Both the position numbers and the translations under genes were made by a program. DNA of 63,945 nucleotides, the filler included, from Conidiobolus incongruus B7586 (taxonomy: Eukaryota): NCBI GenBank assembly GCA_000697335.1. It is 8 parts of 8 records of this genome, joined end to end, with 100 filler letters (N's around TTAATTAATTAA, not from the genome) between each part and the next. Parts side by side here need not be neighbours in the genome. Positions count along the whole stretch, not along the records: positions 51,743 to 54,661 come from JNEM01006694.1; positions 54,762 to 62,664 come from JNEM01006697.1; positions 62,765 to 63,945 come from JNEM01006776.1; 5 more parts are not named here. One strand, 5' to 3'. The notes under the pieces were generated by a model. The model had not been told where the DNA came from. It made no database searches and saw nothing but the letters and a program-made list of their open reading frames with translations. Shown here piece by piece: positions 52,026 to 63,945 of this stretch (position 1 is its first letter; each line of letters opens with the position of its first letter).

Positions 52026-54661
52026 TAATAACTTACAAAAATAAGTTATAAAATTATAATTATATATATTTTTATTAATAATTATATTAATCCTTAAATA
52101 AATTAATTTAAATTAAAATATATAATAAACTTATATTATTTATTTATAATTAGATATATTTAATCAAATTATATTAACTTTTAATTGATATATTAAAATA
52201 TAAACTTTATTTAAAATAAGTTATAAATTTGTGTATTTTAGTTATAAAAAGAAAATTAAAATTTAATATATTTATCTTTTGTTTTTTTTAACTTTTTTAA
52301 GTTTATAGGGTATAAAGTCAATTAACTTTTTATATTAAAAAAATTAATTTTGTTTTAAGTTATTTAAATATATTTTTAAAACTTATTTAAAATTTTTACT
52401 AATAAGAAAGCTTTAACTATTTTTTTAACTAATCCTAAAGATATTTAATTAGATTAAAATTAAAAGATTCAAAAAACTACTTTATTACTATTATTTTATT
52501 ATTTTTAACCTAATTAATAGTAAAAATAATAATATGACAAAGGTATTATTTTGTTGAAAAATAATATCTGATTTATTTAACTTATAGTATTCAATAGTTT
52601 TTTTAATTTATAATTTAGAATATTTTAATATATCTTAACATTAATTCCTTTATTAACCTTACAAAGATATCTTATATTAAAAGATAATATATATCTTTAA
52701 ATTATAATTAATATATTACTATATTCTTAAGTTAAAATAACATAATAGTTATAAAATGATTTTATATTTTTTTTCAAAATATACACTAGCTTGCAAAAAT
52801 AAGTCATATAAATAAAAATATATATATTTCTATTAATATCTTAATTAATATTAATTTAAATAAACTTATATTCAACAAGGTAATTAATATATATTTTTTA
52901 TTTATAATATAATATATATATTTAAATTTAATTAATTATTAATTGATATATTAATACTAAAAGTATACTTAAGATGAGTTATAAATTTGCAAGTTTTAGT
53001 ATTGAGAGAAAAATTAATATCTAGTATATCTATTTTTTGCTTTTCTAACTTCTTTAAGTTTGTGGGGTATAGAGTCAACTAGTTTCTTATATTAAGCAAG
53101 GCTAATATTATTCCAAGTTACTTGAATATACTCTTAAAGTTAATTTAAATTTTTTGCTAGGGGGAAAGCTTTAATTGATTTTTTTAGTTGATCCTAAAGA
53201 TATTTAATTAGGTTAAAATTAGGAGATTAAAGAGGCTATTTCATAATAATTATTTTGTTATTTTCAAGCCATTTAATAATAGAATTTGTATTATAACAAG
53301 GTGTATTATCTTGTTGGAAAATAATATTTGATTTTTTTAATCTATATCACTTAATAGTTTTTTTCAATTTATTATTTAGAATACTTTAGTATATTTTAGT
53401 ATTAATTCCCCTATCAACCCTACAAAGATACCCTACACTTAAAGATAACATATATCCCCAAACTATAATTGACTCACTATTGTATTTTTGGGTTATAATA
53501 ACATAATGGTTATAAAGTGGTTTTTTATCTTATTTGAAATATCTAGCTCTTTTATTAAATTTATTAAAATATATCTTTGTTTCATTAGACTAAATAACCT
53601 TACTCTAGTTAGTTTCAGTTTAACTTTAGTGTTGACATTTAAACTCCCATCTAGCTTTATAGTAGGACTTCTTTAATTGGGGGTGTTTTTTCTTAAGGTG
53701 TGAGTAGTATCTATTCTAACATAAAATATATATAATAGTATTAGTATTAACTAATATTCCTTCATAGTCTTGTAATTCTTATTGTACTTCTATAGCAATA
53801 TTATATTTACCTGTACTAACTAATCTACAAATATACTTTTTATCATGTTTATCTATAATCCTAGCATACTTAAGTTTTAGTTTAGGTGTTTTTTTTAACA
53901 TTATTCTTAATAACCCTAACTAAAATAGATTGGCTAACACTAGTAATTCTAGTAATCTTAAAAGTTGATTTATATTCATTATAAAGTTGATTAATATATA
54001 AATGAACTTTTTTAGAGAGAGATTTAAGTATTATAATATTAATTTTAAAATATTAGCTTAATAATTTTATAATATATATAATATAATAAAAAAAGAAGAT
54101 ATATATAAGTTTTGTTATTTATACCCCTTTAACTTATAAACCCACAAATTTATAACTCATTTTAGATAAATTTTAGGTTTTGATATATTAACCAATAGCT
54201 AATGTAATATAATCAAATATAGTTAGTTATAATTAATTAATATAGGTAAATTATATATTTTAATTTAAATTTATTTAATTAGGATTTATTTAAGATATAA
54301 GTAAATATTTAAGTAATTTTGATTTTATAACTCACTTTTGCAGGCTAGTGTATAACTTTTTTATTAAATTTATTAGTATATATTTTTGTTTTATTAAAAT
54401 ATATAATTTTATTCTAGTTAATTTTAGTTTAATATTAATAATGACATTTAAACTCTTATTTAACTTTATAATAAGATTTCTTTAATCAAAATTATATTTT
54501 TTTAAGATATAAGTAATATTTATGTTATTATAAAATATATATAATAATATTAGTATTAACTAGTATTCTTATATAGTTTTATAATTTTTTTTATATTTCT
54601 ATAATAGTATTATATTTACCTATATTAATTAACTTATAAATATATCTTTTATTATAATTAT
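52026..54661 (-). mobile_element. Tc1-family copy C, interrupted by nested copy D
   Basis: Degenerate TIR at 52026 after TA. Transposase sequence stops at 52783 and resumes colinearly at 54353 until the gap. Confidence 0.8.
52784..54350 (-). mobile_element. Tc1-family copy D, full length (1567 bp), TA target duplication
   Basis: TA|CACTAGCTTGCAAAAATAAGTCATA ... TATAACTCACTTTTGCAGGCTAGTG|TA, with inner repeats at ~52971 and ~54141 and a decayed DD34E transposase. Confidence 0.9.
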
Positions 54662-56674
54662 NNNNNNNNNNNNNNNNNNNNNNNNNNNNNNNNNNNNNNN
54701 NNNNNTTAATTAATTAANNNNNNNNNNNNNNNNNNNNNNNNNNNNNNNNNNNNNNNNNNNNTATAAAATTTTTTATAAATGGATTAAATAGTTACTATCA
54801 ATATAGAATTAAAATATAAATAAAAAATTATTAGTCATTGTAATAGTATTCTATTTTTTATTACTTTTTATATAAAATGAGATATAAATTCAATATACTA
54901 AATATATTTTTTGACCCATTTTTATTTGATAATAATATTAATATATAATTATTTTTTATTTTTTAATTGAATATTAAATATTTAATTAAATTTTGAATAA
55001 TTTTTTATTTTATATTTGATTTAAAATATATTTATCATTGAAAATTTAGGAATATTTTTTTCATTTATAAATATATTGCTATATAAACAAATAAATTATT
55101 ATATGTTATAAAATATTACTCTAATATTGATAAATTATACTATTACTAGAATATAAGGTTTCTTATATTAAATATCATTAATATCAACAATGTTTATTTC
55201 TCATTTAAAATAGATTGATTTATTTAATAATTTGTTTTGAATAATATAAAATTATACAAATATATTCATTTTAATTAGTAAAGATAATATTCAGTTTTTA
55301 TATAATAATTTAAATTATAATATATATATATATATATGTCTTAATTAGTTTGAAAAATGATTTTAATCCATATCAAACCTTGAATCACAGATTATTATTG
55401 GTATTTTAGTAAAAATATTATAGATCTATATTTATAATGAATTCAATTAAAATAAAATCCAGCTATGATAATTGATAATTTTTAAATTATATATGACAGT
55501 ATGAAATTATTAATTTTTCAACAAATAGTAGGTATTGACATGATATTATTACAAATATATTCCTCTTAACTAGAAATTATACACACTAATTAATTAGTCG
55601 TTTATTTTATAATTCAAAATTTAATGTTTACTTATTATAATTCTTATAAAAAACATTCGTCTTTTTAAAATTCTAAATATTATTAATGAAATTATAGTTC
55701 TGTTTATTCATATTTTTATCAATTCATTTGAATAATAGAGTTTTACGTAAAATATCCAAAAATCTGTGTATTTATTCCACAGTTGAACAAAAGCTAGAAT
55801 AGTTATAATATGTGATATTGATGAATTTGTAAAATCAATTAACCTATATCAATCTAGAATAAACTAGAGAATATTTTTATAAACTCGCCATTAATATCTA
55901 ATTCTACTAATATTGACGTAAATCTGATCAATTAGTCAAATATTTGAATCATTAATTAGATCTGATACAATCTTTAAAAACTGACGTCAATTGTAAAAAT
56001 TTGAAAATAAACAATCTACACATTAAAAAAATATTAAGTGGTCAGATTCTCTATACTCACAAAAGTGAAAAATTGGTTTGATAAATTTAATATTAAAATC
56101 ATTAAGATATTAGAGGAATAATTATTTTAAAAAAATCTTAAATACATTTTATTTTAAATGGATTGATTATTAAAATAATCCTTCTTTATGATTTAATCTA
56201 CTAAATTTAAAGTAATTTGAATTAATATCAGAGTTAATCAAAAATCCAACCAATGATCGATCAGTAGTTATACAGTCATGTGACCATTAGTATATCTTGA
56301 TAACTCAATTTTATTATAATTTAAAATTGTGGGATAAGAGGTTGGAAATGGATCAAAATACCCCAAAATTATGGCTAATGGATAGAAAATGATAGAATTG
56401 GTAACAAAAGTTGAAATAGAATTATTTTTAAGATACCCCGAAGACACGACCTTTACTCAGTTAAACTAAAAGGCATTAATTTATTAATTGATTGGAGTTC
56501 TTTTGATAAGGATAATTTTTATTTATTTATTTTGAGTTTATCTCTAGTTACTAGATTTTTTGTTTAGTTTTTACAATAGCTTTTTTAATTTGCTATATTG
56601 TTTAAAGAAAATAAAGTTTTTAAAAGTTATAACATCTTTTATAATAATACAATTAACAAATCAAAATTTGAAAA

Positions 56675-57448
56675 ATGGTCAAGATTTTTCAACATACTTA
56701 TAATTATGAGTAATTCTTTAATATACATATTATTATTTCACTCATATTAATTACATTGTTATTTTAGACACCGTTGGGATGTTGTAAGTCTCGCTTTTTG
56801 GTTAAGATACCCCAACCCTTTCGCTTCTCACGTTCAAGGCGCCGATGTAATTGACCGATATGTCGATGAGGATGGAGTACTTCACACGAGAAGGTTATTA
56901 CTCAAAACTGGTAAAGTTCCAAAATGGGGTAGATCCGTAAGATTTTTTTTAATTTAAATTCATTTCAATTTAATAATTTTTGGATTTTTTTTAGATATTA
57001 AAACAACCCGATACTTTTATTATAGAAGATAGTATAGTCAATCCTAAAGCTAAAATTTTAACTTCTATTACGAAAAATATTTCTCATGCCAGAATTATGA
57101 AAGTTGAAGAAATTCAAAATTATTATGTTAATAGTCAAAATGACCAATGGTAATATATTTTAAATATTGATTACTGCATTTATTAAATGGATTTTAGGAC
57201 GAGTAATAAAACTGAAGCTAGAATAGTATCCAACTTTGGCTGGGGTTTGACTAAAAGTTTGGAATCATTCGGTATTAAAAACTTTCAGAAGAATACAGAC
57301 AGAGTAATATTTAGTTTTAACATTCAGTTAATATCTTTTTACTAATGAAATCTTTTAGAGTCGTAAAGGAATGTCTTATATATTAGAAAAAATCAGAGAA
57401 CAAAATCCAATTTTAAATTATCGCAATCATCAAACACAAACTATGTAA
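56675..57448 (+). CDS. UPS1: PRELI/MSF1-family mitochondrial lipid-transfer protein (5 exons; missed by ORF track)
   Basis: Spliced MVKIFQHTYNY(D)/TPWDVVSLAFWLRYPNPFASHV...LHTRRLLLKTGKVPKW.../FIIEDSIVNP...TKNISHARIMKVEE.../EARIVSNFGWGL...ESFG/SRKGMSYILEK. Confidence 0.9.
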
Positions 57449-57628
57449 TTTTTTAACTTCTAACTTTATTATTAAACTTAAATTAAGTTTTAATTTATTC
57501 TTTTTTTGATTTTTCAATTTTCACATTCTTTCAATTTTTCCCATTTGTTAAATATATAATTTAAATAAGAACTTGTCATTATTTTTTTGAATTTATCAAA
57601 TGATTTATTTTATTATTGATTGATTAAA

Positions 57629-60501
57629 TTATAATATTCCATTACTATAATATTGAAAAGTATCGTATAATCTCGTGAATACGTTACAACAACTTGATAA
57701 TATTAAATTATCTATAAATTCATCCAGTTGTGTTTCGATTAAATTGAGTGCAAATCTCTCCCTCAGTGCCTGTGCTGTACTAATACCACTCTTTGAAAAG
57801 CATGGTAATTGGGAATCTATTAAAATAAATTGTTTAACATATAATAACATTAAACTTAGTTATTTTGACTTACCTTTTTGCATAATTTCCACTAAAATAA
57901 TTAAATTTTCAGCATGTTTACGAAGAGCTTTAAAACCTTGCTTCATTAATTTAGTGAATTGCTTGTATTTCGTACTATTAACACCGCCTAAAATATCTAA
58001 ATATTCTTGAGTCATTTTAAATGGTGCCATTTCGAATCCAACAGATCCAGGAGAGTTGGATAACATAAAGCCAAAATCAATATCTATAAAAATTAAAAAT
58101 TAATTAAAAATAATATTGAAACTAAATTTATAATTACGTATAATATGTCCCTCTTTATCTACCAATACATTTCCATTATGTCTATATAATAAAATATTAA
58201 TATTCAATATTTATAATCAATATATTATTATTTTTTTACCTATCCTTTAATTGTAAAATAAAACTTAAAATACTGTAACCAACTAAACTCTTTAAAAAAT
58301 TGTCTTGAGCTTTTAAAAATTTAGAACTACTGGGATCTCCAAATTCCTAATATAAATATTATTAGAAAATTAAAACCCAAAAATATTAATAAATTACCCT
58401 GACAAAATGATCATATAACGTATAAACCGTCCCTTTGGTATTATATCCTTTGCTATATGCATTCTTCTTCAATGAGTGGACGGAAATAGTATTTCGAACC
58501 ATTTCAATCAATCCCGAACTATTGGATGTGACCATGATTCGGAAAGGTTTGACAAATATATCTAAGCCAGCTTCTTTCCAAATTCTTTGAGCTTCTTCGA
58601 TTAACTGAAGTGCAAATTGCTCCTGCCTCAAGTCAGCTCCGGTCTTAACGATGAGCGGTATAAGTTCCCAATTGGGCTGATCCCCATATGGTGATTCGAG
58701 ACGGATACGCTCCCGCTTGGCGTCCCAATCCTCATTGAAGACATCGGCACTGGGATCGTCCTTATGCTTGCATTGGAGTAGCACTTCCTTTTCGTTGACT
58801 GTTTCGTTACCCGTGCCTTCACCGCCATTTCCCATAATTTTTTGGAGGTCCTCATTTTGTTGGATGATTTGCTCCATGCGCTTTTCTTCAAGTTGCGACA
58901 TTTCTTGGATAATCTTTTCACGAATTCGCTCGTTGATGCCCATCTTGGTGTTGTTGGCCTTGGCCTTCGTAGGTACATTATTGGGTCCTGATTTGATAGC
59001 AAGTTGTGCAAGCATGATGGCGGCAGTACGCATATGTTCTGCCACTTCATCATGCGCATTACTTGATCTCCGGCTGAGGACCTTTTGGAAGTATTTCTTG
59101 TTCTGACGAGATGGTGAGTTGGATTCTTGATTCGATGGGTTGGGACTGCCTGGATTTGAATAAGGAAGAGGTACGGGAAGTTTTTGTTCCTCACTCTTTT
59201 CTACTTCAATTCCCTTGTTCTCTTCAAATACTTCAATGAAAACTAGGTATGGGACTCTATCAGCTGAATTGAGTACGACAGAATCCTTGGGTGAAATTCG
59301 GATCACTTTATGATGATGTGGCGTCGTTTTACACCACAGAGGAAGACATATATCAGCTGGAAGATTATAATTCAGTAAAGCGAGTTCTGCTTGTAAGCTA
59401 TCTTGTCTAGATCGCTTGGGTACTTTACAAAGTCTGTTACTAATCTCCATAAGTGACAAAATAAAGTGAATTTCTGATTGATAATAAGTTTGACGCTTAA
59501 ATGACGATCCTCTAGGACTGGAAACTGTTTGACTCTCTGAATCTGAAAGTGAGATTTGATTCTCTTCCATAGATTCTTTAGCTTCTTGAAATGTACCAGT
59601 TGGCTTTCCACTGATTTCGCGACTGTGGCTAGCACGTGACCAAGGTCTATCTCCAACAAAAGCTCTTCCCATACTCAATTCCTCTAAAGAAGGAGATACA
59701 TAATTGATAATTTCAGGCGATGACAAACTTGCTTCTGAATTGATCAAAGGTTGCTCTGTTTCTTTATCGTGACCATCGTGAGATTTCTTAGGGGTTTGAG
59801 GGATAATATTCGATTTTGGAAGGTTCAAAGGTTTTGAACCTTCAATCACAGCCATTTTAGAGCATCCTAAAGAAATCGTGGGAGCAGCTAAACCAGCCAA
59901 CATCAATCCCATACCCAAAAAAGCAGGTATGACATTTTCATTGACCTTAGTCCTATAGCTAGTATTACTATTTCCCACTTGTTTGGATTTTGGAACATCA
60001 AAATTATTTTCTAGCAATATTTTTTGACATCTCTTTAATAATTTGAAACACATATGAAATTTTAAAGTGTTTTTATCTTGAGCTTTTAAATCCATCCATT
60101 GAGATTGAGAAAACCATAAAGTCTATTTTTATATTTAACAAAAATTGTGATTAAAATTACATAATTATATGGAATTTACCAATAGTGTGAAGTGACTAGA
60201 TTGTTTACACAAGTCTAAAATAAGCCTTTCGACAGCTACAGCTTGAGGATTCGTCCAAATTAGATGACTAAAGGTATGGAACTAAATAAACCTCACATTG
60301 AGTTATTTAAAAATTATTGAGTATTTACCATAGCTGAGGTAACAAAAATTGCACCTGCTCAATTGGAAACTCCTTAAGTCTATTACATAAATAATGCTGA
60401 ATTCCGATATTATCTTGATACCGATGTAAATAAGTAATAGCCATCCAAGAGTTAAAGTATTCCGAATTAAATAATCTTAGCAGTAATGCATGTGATGACA
60501 T
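57629..60501 (-). CDS. PIK1: Phosphatidylinositol 4-kinase type III-beta (multi-exon)
   Basis: MSSHALLLRLFNSEYF N-terminus, VVLNSADRVPY, VKTGADLRQEQFALQLI, KDRHNGN, HIDFGFMLSNSPGSVGFE, C-terminus YDTFQYYSNGIL. Confidence 0.93.
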
Positions 60502-62764
60502 ATTGAATATCAATTATTTTTAACGTATATAATTATTTTTTTCGATAAAATATATTATATTATTAAAAAAACTTATAATCTATTGATCAAAAATTTAAAT
60601 TATTTAAATTAAAAATTAAATAAGTAAAAGAGAGTTGTAATTGAATAAAAAGGAGATTAGATTCATTTATTAATTTCACAGTGGTGAAGTTGTAATTATA
60701 ATGTTTACCCTGATATACTAAATTTAAAAATTTCCTAAATTGAGATCCATATTTATGTCATAAAATTACTAAATTTAGTAATGATAAATTTTAAATAATT
60801 TTATTTTTATTAAATTAAAAACACTGCCATAATAATTATTATTCACATTAAAATATTATACTGAAAATGAAATTTACAAAATAATTTAATTCATTTTCCT
60901 TGTCAAATTCTAATTGGATTTAATATAACAAAAACTCCAAAAAAATAAATTAATCACAATAATCAAAAGTTAATTAAGTGGCAATAAAGTTATAACCGCA
61001 ATAAAAATAAATAATAAAAATTGCTATGAATGGATAATTTTTAAAAAGTAATAAATAAAGGCTTGATATAGATTAACATTTGAAAAATAAATAGTTTATA
61101 TGGTACATAATGCTAAATGGATATAATTTTTAAAATATTGAAAAATGGATTAAAACCTAAATATTCTAATAAATAACTAATTCATTTTCCTAATATTCCC
61201 AATGAATGCTGATGCAAAATAACACCCACTACACAGGTAACATCAAATCATCCTCATAAGTTGAATTAAAATTGATGAATTTAGTGAAATAAGCTGATTT
61301 TTTTGTGTTCATTAGTAATTGGTTCATTAAATTTTAATCATTTTTTTCAACTTTGATTTTCTTGTCATCAAATTAACAAGTTTAAATTGAAAATTTTGAA
61401 ACAACTGGCTCTTGATCATAAAATATTATAGATAAAATTAAATTCTTTTCAAAGTGTATATTATAATTTAGAGTAAATTTCTTTATTATATATTAGTAAT
61501 GTTATAATGGAATTCAATATCTTTATATTTCCTAACGTGTTCTAATTGCTCTGAACAATATCAATTTGTTCATTATTTATAATCTGATAGAATCAAGTCT
61601 CTTCTACTATTTAATTAATTGGTTTTAAAATTGATGAAAAATTAAAAAACCAATCAACATTTATCCTACTTAGCAATATTTCTTAATTATTTAATTAGAA
61701 TTTAAGTAATTTACAAATATTATATCATCATTGTCAAGTCTTGTGTAGTTTGTAATCTATGTAAAATTATTCAAACACTAGCATTTAGTCAAATACATTT
61801 AATTCTCACAATTAATATGTTAACTATCAAATTACATTATACTATTATTGTAATGTATAATACTTTGATTATTGCGAAAATGTTGGTCTTAACAGTTTCA
61901 ATTTATTGAAACATTAACACTATAATATACTTAATAATATTTAATAAATATTGGATCAAAATTTCGTATTATAAATTATAAAAACGTGAAATCAATATAA
62001 AAGTTGAATATAATATATATATATATAATGAAACAATCTGATAAAGTGAATGTATTAATTCTTAATAAATATTGGATATATAACTTTGAAATTTTAAATA
62101 ATGAGACTTTTTTAAATTTAAATTTAAATAGATTTTTAATATACAATACAAAAAAATAAATAAATAATATAAAGCCAATATTCTCTTTTATTCTTAATAA
62201 CCTTTGGTTTTATATTTCACATACTTTTGACACTTAAAATATAATTCTTTTTATTAAATATTGAAAATTGATGATTTTTAAACCAAATAAATTTACTTGC
62301 AAATATTTTTTTCTTTCTTGAAAAAAATATTTTAATTATCTAAAATAATTTTGATCATATTAACTATGATCTAGTAAATATACTAAATATAGCAGCTTTT
62401 CCAAATTGTTTTTAATTTGGCATTTTTTGACAACTTTATCTTTATGTATTTGGTAATTATCAAGTAAAATAATAAGTATCTATTAATATTAAATAAATAT
62501 AAATTAATCTTAAGTTTAAATGAGTTGTATATAATATTTTTTAAAATAATAAGTTTATGAAATAATATTATAACTATTAAAACTATATATATAAATCTAA
62601 CTTTGATATTAAGTAAAAATCATATAATTTTATAAAGAAGTTGAATATAAATAAGAAATTATAANNNNNNNNNNNNNNNNNNNNNNNNNNNNNNNNNNNN
62701 NNNNNNNNTTAATTAATTAANNNNNNNNNNNNNNNNNNNNNNNNNNNNNNNNNNNNNNNNNNNN

Positions 62765-63945
62765 ATTTTATATAATATTTTACAAATATACTAAATTTTT
62801 TTTATTAGTATCATTATACCTAAATCCCTCTCTAAAAAAATCTACTTGTGCATCAATTAACTTTATAAAGAAGATAAATCAACTTGTGATATTGCTAGAA
62901 TTACTGGTGTTAGCTAGTTTATTTTAGCTAGGGTTGTTAAGAATAGCAATAAAGAAACATTTAAACTTAAACTTAAGTGTATTAAAATCATAGATGAACA
63001 TGATGAGAAGTATATCTGTAGGTTAGTTAATACAAGTAAGTGTGGTACTGCTATAGAAATATAACAGGAACTATAAAACTATACAAGAATATTAGTTAGC
63101 ACTAATACTATTATATGTACTTTACATTAGCATGGATACCACTTACACTTTAAGAAAAAACACCCCCAACTAAAAAAATCCCACTATAAAGCTAAATAGG
63201 AGTTTAAATGTTATCACCAATATTAAACCAAAACTAATTGAAGTAAGGTTATTTAGTCTAATGAAACAAAAATATACTTTAGTAGATCTAATAAAAAAGC
63301 TAGATACTTTAGAAAAGATGCAGAATTACTTTGTAACCATAATGTTAATTTTACCCAAAAGTATAATGATAAGTCAATTATTGTTTGGGGATATATATTA
63401 TCTTTAGGTGTAGGGTATCTTTATAAAGTTAATGGGGGAATTAATACTGAGATGTACTAAAGTATTCTAAACAATAAATTGAAAAAAACCATTGAATAAT
63501 ATGGGTTAAACAAATCTGATGTTATTTTCCAGTAAGATAATGCCTCTTGCTATATTACAGCTTCTATTACCAAATAGCTTAAAAATAACAAGAAAATAAT
63601 TATGAAGTGGCTTCCTCAATCTCTTAACTTTAATCTAATTAAACATCTTTAGGATTAGTTAAAAAAAGCTATTAAAGCTTTCCCCCTAGCAAAAAATTTA
63701 GATCAACTTTAGGAATATGTTCAAGAAGCATAGAACAAGATTAACCCTTCTTAGTGTAAGAAGTTAATTGATTCTATACCCCATAAACTTAAAGAAGTTA
63801 AAAAAGCTAAAGGTAGATACACTAGGTTTTAATTTTTTTTTATCACCAAAAACCTACAAATTTATAACTCACCTTAGGTAAAATTTAAGGGTTTATATTT
63901 TAACCAATTAATAGCTAAATATTATCATTTAATGATATATATAAC
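62765..63945 (+). mobile_element. Tc1-family copy E (best preserved, opposite orientation; truncated by gap and window end)
   Basis: SKVI*SNETK (WSDE), IFQ*DNASCY, and WLPQSLNFNLIKHL* for WPPQSPDLNPIEHLW, with 34 residues between D and the E position. Inner TIR repeat from ~63851. Confidence 0.9.

Noticed and set aside
58628..59659. Alternative-frame and antisense ORFs within PIK1 (also within the kinase, EH-protein and TF genes)
   Set aside because: Shadows of GC-richer coding sequence with no recognisable motifs.
1..63945. CRISPR arrays, rRNA or tRNA genes
   Set aside because: No repeat-spacer array or recognisable rRNA/tRNA structure seen; eukaryotic nuclear DNA.

Overview
Very AT-rich eukaryotic genomic DNA with short GT-AG introns and fungal gene content (Zn2Cys6 and copper-fist transcription factors, RIB3, septin). 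By inference it is an early-diverging fungus such as an Entomophthoromycotina/Conidiobolus-like species; the window alone cannot prove this. It is a draft scaffold with seven artificial 100-bp gaps (44 N + TTAATTAATTAA + 44 N). Twelve host genes are supported: quinone reductase (ZTA1-like), RIB3, BUD23, a CH-domain/Cdc15-like kinase with C1 domain and CaaX box, TAF8, a septin, a copper-fist TF, a Zn2Cys6 TF, an EH-domain endocytic protein, IND1, UPS1 and PIK1. There is also a SUMO-like pseudogene. Mobile DNA comprises the 5' end of an intact Ty3/gypsy element (LTR, gag, -1 slippery site, protease), a full-length chromoviral Ty3/gypsy element, several copies of an IR/DR-type DD34E Tc1 family (one nested in another), a DD34D mariner remnant and three candidate solo LTRs. 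The most striking signal is that long repeats have been destroyed almost exclusively by C>T/G>A transitions (CpG gone, many CpA/CpT hits, clustered, different in each copy), while genes, short solo LTRs and the intact gypsy copy are spared. This looks like a RIP-like genome-defence process in a lineage where RIP is not established.
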